A stretch of 32,921 nucleotides of DNA from Trypethelium eluteriae (Eukaryota): NCBI GenBank assembly GCA_051942245.1, contig JAVECL010000249.1:1-32921 (forward strand). Direction: 5' to 3'. Every line of letters starts with the position of its first letter. The first letter of the stretch is position 1. A program made the translations under genes and the position numbers. Below, one piece after another: positions 12,368 to 22,162 of the stretch. The notes beneath the pieces are model-generated. The model did no database searches and was not told the origin of the DNA. It saw nothing but the letters and a program-made list of their open reading frames with translations.

Positions 12368-13373
12368 TTACAGTTTCTGAAGATAGGCTTGGACAATATT
12401 GAGACAGTGCTCTAGTTCCTCCAGAGTGTGCCAAGAGTGTGGAATGTGTCCGGACGTCCATAGACCTTTCCATTCTACCAGATATTCTTCAATCTATACG
12501 GTTTGAGTATGTTGAACGGCTACCGTTGGACAGAGATATTATACCTGTGTGCTCCATAGTCGACGATGACATACTACGGCCGAGACCTAATGTAATTATT
12601 AGACTGATACTGTGAATATTCAAGTCTTGGAATTAGAATCCAGCATTACCTGACGGGGATGAACAAGTGGCTCTGACTTTCTTTTCAATCTGTCCATGAC
12701 AATCTTATCAAGCTTAGCCATCTAGAAACCATAAGGATTCTCATCGACTAGAGAGATTTAGTACTTTCCAGTGATTCTAGAATACATTCTGTTGATATTT
12801 GAAAGGTATAAAGTTGTGTTATTAGAACAAGTTCACATGTTTGGATGTCATTAGAAGTGAATATATTATAATGACGTAATCACCAGACTAGTCCACTTTA
12901 AAACTGCAACTCTGTAACTCTATTTTTGTTTTTTTCATCCGCTATGATTCATTTGATTTAACATAAGTATTTACATGGAATTCTCTGTTCAAATATCATT
13001 AGAAGTTTTCATTAGCATGATTAGCCTGGATATAGTCTATATAGAGTTTTACACATATGATTTCATAGACAATTCTTTTGTCCCAGAATGTCAAAATACC
13101 ATTGCGTCCTGGATCCGGTTTCGATCCGTATCATCCGTCCAGTTCTATACGTTTTTCTTTAGGAAATAAGGTACACCAAGCCATCGCATGCATAAGGCTT
13201 CGCACCTATTGACATGTTAGACTGTTGCTTAATTAATGCCTTGCGGAGGGTCCTTTGGCCCACGGGCGAACACTCCAGAAGTGGCCTAGCCTTCAGGTTG
13301 CATTTGAGCTTATCGATAAGATATAAACTGCCGCCTCCGGGGAACGTTTCCATCAGTGCCTCGGGTTCCAAAA

Positions 13374-14299
13374 ATGGCGGCAGACGCTCCAAATAATCCT
13401 TTTGTCAAGCAACTCGCCTCCAGTGGTATGCTTGTGATCTATCACTTTCTCCTTATCTAACTCTTCTGTTCAAGACAAAGACAAACGGGACGCCGCATTA
13501 GAAAGCCTTCGCACATATATCAGCAAACGTATCAATTTCGACGAACTTGAGCTATTGAAATTATGGAAAGGACTCTTCTTCTGTACGTTACTTATTACGG
13601 CCTTTGCTTTACGCCTGACTGATTTTTCCGAGGCATGTGGATGAGCGACAAGCCGAAGCCACAGCAACAACTTGCCCGTGATCTAGCAGAACTGGTTCAA
13701 ATACTACCACCACAAAATGTAGTCCCGTTTATGCATGCTTTCTGGAAGACTATGGCTCGAGAGTGGGTAGGAATCGATGCGCTGAGGTGTGTGAGTGAAT
13801 CCAACACCTTTTAACATAAATAGCTAAGATCTTCCTTCACAGGATGAATAAGTTCCTGTATCTTATTCGACAGTACTTTCTTGCTGCTCTCTCCTTTTTC
13901 GCCAAGCGTGACTGGCGAGACAGAGATCTTCTAGGGGAATACCTAGAGGTTCTAGCTACAATTCCGTTGAACCCCACAAGTGGCAAGATACCGAACGGCT
14001 TGCGATATCATGTCTTGGATATTTACGTTGATGAAATGGACAAAGTCGATGCAAAACGAGAACGCATGCTGCCAATCGAAGACCTACTCGGGCCGGTCAA
14101 GGAACTTGGAGTGCAGAGTCCTACAAAAGCAATCCGAGAGGCGGTCAAAGACACTTTGAGGGACGAGCGACTTGTAATCTGGCGCGGTAAGGCAGGTTCG
14201 CCGGGTGAGATGCAAGATGACATACAGCGGGATTATGATCACGCGTAAGGGGTCCTCAATGACGATGGCACCGATGAATGGAGTGGCATTGAAGAATGA
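13374..14299 (+). CDS. RRP1: Nucleolar pre-rRNA processing protein Rrp1/Nop52; exons 13374-13425, 13475-13582, 13633-13786, then 13843 to 14248 or (via a probable extra intron) to 14299
   Basis: Spliced translation FVKQLASSDKDKRDAALESLRTYI..LLKLWKGLFFCMWMSDKP..QQQLA..FWKTMAREWVGIDALRMNKFLYLIR matches Nop52 family motifs. Introns 13426-13474, 13583-13632, 13787-13842. The 3' end is ambiguous (see findings). Confidence 0.9.
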
Positions 14300-15045
14300 G
14301 TCCAGTTTCTTAACTCTTTACCAATACCTAAGCCGGGCAGTCATACCATCATGACAAAATCGCTCTTACGAATCACATCCGACTGTGAAACGTGTGGATA
14401 TCCGCAGCCTACCTCTATCGAGAGAGATAGTCTTCAAACAGTGGGAAATGGCAAGGCGCTCCAGCCGCTCTCCCAAAGCATGTCTTGCGAAGGTTGCAAG
14501 AATTTAAAATTGATGTTGTGCTCATATCTAAATGCAGAATATAAGCATAGTAAGTTGACTCCAGGTCGTGGGAATCTTTATGGCGTAGATTCTTCATAAA
14601 TCGCGCCTGAATATGCGGATGTACTATAACCCAGGACCAATATGTCATGGGTGTACACGATAGCTCGAACGTACCAATAGGAAGCGAAGAATAGTAGACT
14701 AATTAATCTCCTTCAAATCTACCATCAGCGCGATTCTAGTTCATTTCACGACGGAATAGGAGGATCATCTGATGAAGCTATTCTAATAAGGTAGTAGGTT
14801 AGATACCTTGTTGAAGTGGCATAGCAAAACCAAGGTCCCATTAAATCTCGGCGCAATTGGACAAAGTCAGAAGTTATACATGACCCATCATACGGGATAT
14901 CCCAAAATTATTAACTCATAAGCGTTGTCTTTATAAAGCTCACCCATAGTTATTTATATTACAAGAGTTAGCAATAACCTTAGAGCGGGATTTTTGAGTA
15001 GGCGACTGCCAAAATAATATGGCTTTAATCTGTCCTCCCCCAAAG

Positions 15046-15420
15046 CAGGGTTCGGAAACATAGCTGCATAGGATAATGCATACATAAAGCTGGATATGAA
15101 TAGGATAGCATAATTATTCGCATAATATCCGTATCTGGCTAATTAGGCTTGATATCTGCGGGATAAGTTGAATGTTGGCTGCATTGGGTCTAATTTGTAA
15201 CCTTTCTAACCCTGCTGAGGTCTCTTCCCTCTGCAGGGGTTCCGTGGCGAGAGGGTCACAGACTAAGCCCAATCAAGCCAGTATTAGACCCAATTCCACA
15301 GACATTGAGCCTAATTAGCCAGATACAGATATCATGCGGATAGTTATGCTATACTATCCAATCCAGAAACTTCCGAATATGGGATAATTATCCCATACTT
15401 AACTATGTTTCCGAACCCTG
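15046..15420. mobile_element. Non-autonomous hAT-type DNA transposon / fold-back MITE, 375 bp
   Basis: Perfect 18-bp TIRs (CAGGGTTCGGAAACATAG ... CTATGTTTCCGAACCCTG). 8-bp target-site duplication CCCCAAAG at 15038-15045 and 15421-15428. Long internal inverted arms and no transposase ORF. An 8-bp TSD with CAG ends is characteristic of hAT. Confidence 0.88.
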
Positions 15421-16457
15421 CCCCAAAGCTATTACAGAATGGGCTGGCAAAAGTATACACATCCTGGTACATAAAGCTGTGAATAGCGTTTATGGCAGGC
15501 TGAAGGCCTGTGTACCGATCACGGTCAAGTGACGGCGTGCTTGAGAAAGCCGGCTTCGGAGCTGAGCAATGACTTTTTGGAAGCAATGGAAAAGCGGCCA
15601 CAGAGTAAGTGTATCTTCCTGCTCGTGCTCGTTGAGAAGAGCGCATCGAGGTCATGGACGAGGGCGTGCGTGTGTTTACATAGATCAGGGCCGACTATGT
15701 ACTTCTCGGGCAAGATTGGCGAGCCGGCCCAGATCGAATCTCGCTACAATCTTTGACCTAAATAGGCAATGGCAGCTCGCAAATGATTCTTGAGCCGACC
15801 TTCAGGGCCGCCAAGGATGGTGGGATGTCTGAAAAGATAGTAGAAGGCGAGCGCAAATACAAGCTAAGAGCCCAAAGCCTTTCCCAAGTAAGCGTACGGT
15901 AATTAGCACATGCTAAGTTTGATGCATCTCTCTTTCCTAAATAGAATTCTTTTCAAGTTCCTACCGTAAGCAATGTACAAGCGAGCGAACATCAAAAGTA
16001 GTAATAGAGGGCCCAAATCGGCGAGGGGCTATGACTGGTCCTCAGACCAATGTAATAGATTTTTGTTGCAAATGTACCTATTCACTAGGCAAGGTGTCTA
16101 GCTGTCTCACATTTTAGCTGCAGCTGAGGGGCAGGGATTCTCTCTTTCCTATTTGGGCACGAGCATCCCGGCCCGCCTTTTCGATTAGAGACACCGGAGT
16201 ATCATGAGACCAAGAGGTTCAAAGAAGTGAAGATCATCTTCGTGAATGAAGAGAGTCGTGACAAACTATAAATACGCTTACCTTCCCGAAATTGCTGTCC
16301 CAGAATGGCAACCGAGCATGATTGATCACATGGGTTTAGTTCCTGGACATCCGTAGTGTCCATTTCTATTATAAAAAGATATTCAGCAGATGCTCCGGCT
16401 CAGAGACTTATTCATTCTATATCTTTATAAGATCCATCACGATTATATCTTGGCAAC

Positions 16458-17611
16458 ATGGCACCTAGTACGGTCGAAGTTGAGGAACAGGTTGCCCCTG
16501 TTGCGACTAAGGCAAAGAAGGAACTCAAGAGCTCTAAGTCACCATTGCCGGAAGTGAAGGAATTTGATGCCGCTAAAGTGTCTGTTGACGAAGTAGTGGA
16601 TGCGCTGAAAGTTGCCGGCGGAGTCATCGTCCGTAACATTCTCACTGAGAAGGAGCTCGGTGAGATTGAAGCAGACGTCCGTCCGTGGCTTGATGAGGAC
16701 AAGCCGTGGGAGGGTACAATTCGAGAGCCCTCCGGTCTTGACAGATAATTAAATGAGTCTCTCAGGTACGATTTTCCCACCAGAAACACGTCGTGCCTTC
16801 GGCATGATTGGCAAGAGCAACACTTTCGCCTTGCGCATCGTCGGACACCCACTCTGGCTTGGTGTCACTGACGCCCTCCTGACGAGCACACTGAAGTGGA
16901 ATTGGGTAAGATAAGACCTTTACTATCGAAGCAAAGGAAGCTAAAGCTGTTCTGAAACAGGTCGGTGAGGAGAATAAAGTGTCAGTGTCTGGGCCGCAGC
17001 TAAACAACACAATCGTGTTTTCCATTAGCCCTGGAGCCCAAAACCAGGCCCTCCATCGGGATGATGTAATCCATCATCCCAACCACCCTGCTGTGGCTGA
17101 GCATGAACTTGGTCGCGATGCCGGCATTGGCTTCTTCCTTGGCGGAAAGAGAACGACAAAGGAGAATGGAGCAACGCGCTTCATCCCAGGCAGCCACCTA
17201 TGGGATTACTCCGAAGGGCCGCCCCGCGAAGATCAGACGTTCTATGCAGAGCTTACGCCAGGCGATGGCTTCATGATGCTCTCAGGCTGCTTCCACGGTG
17301 GTAGTGCGAACAAGACCAAGGACCAGGAGAGGCTGGTATATTCGACGTTCAGTACCAGGGGATGGATGAGGCAAGAGGAGAACCAATATCTGGCCAACGA
17401 CATTAAGAAGATCAAAGAGCTTCCAGAGTGGCTCCAAGAGAGAGTTGGATATGGTCTCAGTCGCCCATTCTTGGGTTGGGTTGACCTCAAAAATCCGATG
17501 CTGATGTTGCACCCAGTGAGTACCCGACTGCCGCCGGCGAAAGAGATACAGTAGTATAATTTGAGCTGATCACATGCGCAGGGCAAGGAGAAATATGGGG
17601 ATATGTGGTAG
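16458..17611 (+). CDS. Phytanoyl-CoA dioxygenase (PhyH)-family Fe(II)/2-oxoglutarate dioxygenase; exons 16458-16713, 16766-16905, 16961-17515, 17582-17611
   Basis: PGAQNQALHRDD (HxD), TTKENGATRFIPGSHLW, FHGGSANKT..R, RQEENQYL. Three canonical introns give a continuous frame. Confidence 0.92.
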
Positions 17612-18108
17612 ATTAATGATGAAAAGAGTTGATCAAGCTTGATTGGAAGATTGCAGGAAATTGAAACGGAAAGGATTTGCAGAAACCGTGAAGGTCTTCG
17701 TAGAGTCAGCTTCTAATATAGCCGCATGTAGCTGAACAGTATATGTTCATACCACTGCCAGATACGACTCGAACTTAGTCTAATCTGATCTAGTCCGGTA
17801 AAAGGTGATTCGTTAATTGTTCCAGAAGAGTTGTTAGCTGAAAGTGAAAACATAAAACAGGCTCAGTACATGTGAGCGAATGATAACCAAGGGTCTACAG
17901 CTTTAAACGAGAGGTTTATGCAAGTCCTGAGCTTACCGTCATCCCAAGTGTTTCCAGGAGGGTCCTATGAGCCGCCGGCGCGTATCAAAGAGCATTGCCA
18001 AGCCTTACGACGTTGTTCGACGGATTCTACCAGATTAGATCAGACTTCCATCTAGAGTCCTCGGTAAAGCTTAAGATCTTAATACTCTTGACCGTTTACG
18101 GCTTTCAA

Positions 18109-19689
18109 TCATCCAAACAAGAAGCCAGACTCTGACGAAGGAGTGATTATATCACCCCACCAGATATCCTTGTCAGGGTTCTCGTCGACCGCAGTCCACA
18201 CGGTTTGCAAAAGCTCGATCATGGTCTGGTTGAGCCAAATGCCAGATATCTTCTTCCATCTCTCGCAGAAATCCATGGCGATGCGACGGAATCGAAACGA
18301 CTCCATTTCACAGGCTGCCAGGAAAAGAGGCAGAACAGCTTGCTTCTGTTTGTGGGAATATGGAGGAAGCTCATGAACGAGCCACATGATCTCCTCTGCA
18401 AGTAAGTAAGCCTTCCGCTTCACTACATCTCCCTGATGGAAGACTCTAGTACAGTAGAGCAGCAGCCCAAGCCTCCAGCAGTCTGTAAGTGCAGATATCT
18501 CCTTGTCCGTAGCGCCTTGCTCGGTCTCGAAGCGCGCCAGCCAGAGTTTCATTTCGAGCCCGGTCACATGTCCGGCTGAGAGTGAACACGCTTGCGTCGC
18601 AGCTTCGGCGATATCATACATGTCCAGAAATGCTGAGTCCGGGAAGCCGTTGAGTGCAAGCATGAGCTGTGACTCGCTCTTCCACGATATGACGTACTCG
18701 ACATCCTCTCGCGGGAAGACAGGGCCTTTCCGAGCCAGTAAAGCGATGATGGTGTCATACCAGACTAGCTGCGCGATTTGAGCTCTGAGATGCATGTAAC
18801 TATCTCCCAGCTGTATGCCTCCAGCAGCTTCAATCATCCTACGTACACCCTGAAGGTGAACGATCCAATTACCAGATGCGGACTCGGCGAAGTCAATGCC
18901 AATGAGTATCAGCGACATTGATATGCCCACCTCAAGTGGCACCGTTCTGATTGTTTGCGCAAAGGAGGATAATGCTCTATCTTTGAGCTCTAGTGCCGAG
19001 AGGGTTTCCGGGGTCTCTTCGAGGTGTGATCGATGCCTGATAGCCAGCGCTCGTACCGCGTCCAGGAGGAAGGGGGCCTGGTCGATTTGGGGAAGGCATG
19101 CTTGCCATGGGTTGGCCTTGATCTCGTAGGTCAGAGTGACTGGGCTAAATCTCCACGTGAAGAAGGCAAGCTGGTCAAGGGTGGAGGGCGGCAGCTGAAA
19201 GAACTCGGGCTGGCGACTGTAGAGCACTGGAGTAAGGGTTGTCCGACGTCCAGAAAGCCTTCTGCCTACCCTTGAGTCTGCGTCAAGTGTCGGGGATGAT
19301 ACTTCGACTGGTTTTTCCCACGAGTTGGATCCGGAAGTCTCGCGAATCCTCGTGCGCTTTCTCCTCTTTCTCCCATCTTCTTGCACGAATGCGTACTCTG
19401 TCGTGTTCGGCGCGGCTTCACGACCACCAGAACTGGGGACGAGAATCTGTTTCGCCCGTGCAGATCGCGTCTTCCGGCCTTCGCCTTGCCATTTTAACTT
19501 TTGTATGTACCCACCGCATAGATTGCCTTCAGCCGTACACGCATCGCACCGCGGTCTCCTTCGATCGCAGGAACGAGACGTTGATTGGCAGGTGTGGCAA
19601 TCTGATTTTGCCCAACCTAGAGAATTCGTTCGATACGTTGTTGGAGGCTTGAGGGCTAGAGGGGCGGAGGTTGGAGAGGTCGACCTCAT
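18109..19689 (-). CDS. Zn(II)2Cys6 fungal transcription factor with C-terminal fungal-specific TF domain
   Basis: CHTCQSTSRSCDRRRPRCDACTAEGNLC binuclear cluster; NWIVHLQGVRRMI and AVLPLFLAACE motifs typical of Fungal_trans_2-type proteins; intronless 526-aa ORF. Confidence 0.9.
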   Translation of the reverse strand: MRSTSPTSAPLALKPPTTYRTNSLGWAKSDCHTCQSTSRSCDRRRPRCDACTAEGNLCGGYIQKLKWQGEGRKTRSARAKQILVPSSGGREAAPNTTEYAFVQEDGRKRRKRTRIRETSGSNSWEKPVEVSSPTLDADSRVGRRLSGRRTTLTPVLYSRQPEFFQLPPSTLDQLAFFTWRFSPVTLTYEIKANPWQACLPQIDQAPFLLDAVRALAIRHRSHLEETPETLSALELKDRALSSFAQTIRTVPLEVGISMSLILIGIDFAESASGNWIVHLQGVRRMIEAAGGIQLGDSYMHLRAQIAQLVWYDTIIALLARKGPVFPREDVEYVISWKSESQLMLALNGFPDSAFLDMYDIAEAATQACSLSAGHVTGLEMKLWLARFETEQGATDKEISALTDCWRLGLLLYCTRVFHQGDVVKRKAYLLAEEIMWLVHELPPYSHKQKQAVLPLFLAACEMESFRFRRIAMDFCERWKKISGIWLNQTMIELLQTVWTAVDENPDKDIWWGDIITPSSESGFLFG

Positions 19690-21147
19690 TGTTTAATTGT
19701 ATAGCCTCGCAGACGAGGCGAACATGACTGTCAAAGAGACAGTATGTAAGCTATACAAACACGTTGCTGTCATGTGGCACTTTGCAAGACTCAAAAGGAG
19801 TGAATGGTGGGTGATAGGCGACTTACTATTTAAGGTGTTCGAGGTACACAATACGCTCCCCTGATTCGACCAATCACAGGGCTCGGTCCAAGGGTTAGGG
19901 CATGTTTTCCATTCCCTAAATAACATAAGGTAAGCATATCGGTCTACCTCTCTATCCGAATACTAACTAGCATTTTGCGACACCTTAAGGAGAACGACTT
20001 GCAGCATTTGTCGAATTCTATCACGTGAACTATTAGTACTGGCAACGCATCTGAGAGACAGGTATCGTTGGTACTCCGTACCTAATCGTCGGGCTAGGTC
20101 AGATACCTAGATAAGCAAGGCTTGGTAGGAGATTCTTCCTAGTTTAGCTCAGGGCAAAATCTCTCGCTGTCTTTCTATAATTCCACTTCTTTCCTGGTCG
20201 GAATGAGTAAGGATGTAACACTAGATCTTAAGATCCTAGGACATGGGTGTGAAGCTTCTTTAGGAAGTCTCCTGTTGCGCTGCCTCGGCGCTCCTGTATT
20301 GCTTTTCTTCGTACACCGAATGAACTCTTTGGTAAAACATAGCTTAGGTACTTTTAAGCACTAAACAATTGGGAATTCGGAGCGCCAGCGCTGCAAGCAG
20401 CCTCCGATGAAGCATGGACAATTAAGTCTATAGGAACTGGACGAATTGCACGGATACAATCTTAATGGAAGGAAAGCCTTGCCTTGATGTGCTAGCGCGG
20501 GCCAGGTAGCTCCATAAAGCCTTGGTATCTCCAGGAGTGGCAATAGATTGTAGCATGTGTAAAATGGCCTGTCGCCTTCAGTCAATAAAGCAGACAATAT
20601 CGATGAGTTCACACCCAGAAGCATTTTCTTTCAGGCGGCATGTGGTACTGGCCAAGGCAGTCCCCAGTAGCAAAGACGCCATACTTGCATTGCATTGCTA
20701 TTGAACATCACGACGTGAATCAAGTGAAACCAAGATGAACAAGGTCCATCGCATGCTCGTTTATGAAACATAATAAATGTCCCGTCTACATGAGATCGCA
20801 TATGACGTTAGCTGGAAGATCTGGATTAGAACGTTTCTCAGCGGTAAGGCCTGAAGGCAACCATTGCGAAGGGGTTCTCAATTGGCGATATCCAAGAATG
20901 GAACGAACGTATAATAGTCAATGACTTATAATCCAAGCCGAAGTAGAAGCTAAGAAACTCGTTTGTCTGTCACAGCATTATGTAATTGATGAAACTAGGC
21001 AAGCCAAGCAAAGAACAGATACAGTATCATTGCAACTGTCAGAGACCTCTTGCTTTCCTCCCTGGTCCACGCCGATGTAAAAAGTGTCCTTGATTGTGGT
21101 GAGCGTCCGCTTCTCTGGCCCATCCATGGGGCTTCGGAGATCTTCGT

Positions 21148-21565
21148 TTAGCAGCAGTCCTCACAGCAATCCTAGAAAAAGGATTAGTTACTAGACCAGC
21201 GACGGCGAGAATTTGGAATGCTTACCTTGCAACATTCGAAGCACAGGAAGGCAGCGCAGCTACGCATGAAAAGTCAGCGGGATATGTAGTGGGATGGGAT
21301 GATGCTTGGTTACCAGTCGGCGATGCATCCACCACCCCTCATTGACATCTTGGGCTCTTCCTTGGCGGCTTCTTGGAACTCCATGTTTTGCATCGCACGA
21401 GACTGCCACCACGACTTGGCATCAGAAGGAGATCTTGAATGGACTTTGTTGCGGATAACTTACGGGTTGCTGGGAAACGGTGTCCTGAGGAGCCGAGCCT
21501 GGGACATGAGCCTGAGCAGGCTGCTCGGGCTGAGTGTTGCTCGGGGTCGTAGGTTGAGGAGCCAT
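21148..21565 (-). CDS. 82-aa Pro/Gln-rich microprotein with Cys-rich C-terminal tail (CYSTM-like); exons 21565-21464, 21402-21314, 21259-21226, 21171-21148
   Basis: Three canonical introns (GTAAGT..CTGAT..CAG; GTAACC..CTGAC..TAG; GTAAGC..CTAAT..TAG) give MAPQPTTPSNTQPEQPAQAHVPGSAPQDTVSQQPSRAMQNMEFQEAAKEEPKMSMRGGGCIADCCAAFLCFECCKDCCEDCC*. It is not visible as one ORF in the track. Confidence 0.85.
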
Positions 21566-22162
21566 TGCGAGAGTTGCTGAACGCTGGTGATACTGAGTCA
21601 AGAAGGGTAGCAACGGATAGGTATGTGTGTTGCTTGAGGACAAGACTGATGACTAGAGGAGCTGTGGTTGGCGAGGAAGATGGAGGGAGAAGCTGGAGAA
21701 GGAGGTGTAGGCGGCGGGCAAACGAGGGAGTATTATCTTGAGCAGGGGACTGGGATTCGGTTTCACATTCCAGATTCACCGACGGCCGTCACCAAACTTT
21801 GTTAGTCAGTTACCGCCAGCAGGCGCAGACCTTGGTTGAGGGTCCCCGGTGGATAATGACTGGCAGTCCGGCCCTGTTTGCATGTAGAATGACATCAATT
21901 CTGGGGTAGCGGCAGGGATGAAGCCAAGCTTTGGGTCAAGCTTTTTGCCAAGATTCGCTGCTCGCGACCAGCTGCCTCCCTATCTGCGCCTAGCCGAAAC
22001 GGTGTAAAACGTCTCGCTTAAGCTGAGGCCAGCCGGACTTCCGATCTCGAATCTATATGTAGAAGCGGTTCGCTCGATCACAATTCGCCGCTGGAAATTG
22101 GACGCCGAGAAAGAAAGATACGATCCGAAGGCTCTTCTGTTTTTCCATTAGTATCTCTCTTC

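Noticed and set aside
15046..15420. Structured ncRNA gene or CRISPR-like array
   Set aside because: TIR plus 8-bp TSD explain the hairpin as a DNA transposon derivative; there is no repeat-spacer periodicity anywhere in this eukaryotic window.
19930..21100. Possible transposon relic with CTAG/TTAA-rich short palindromes
   Set aside because: No terminal repeats, TSD or transposase/RT-like translation could be identified by eye.
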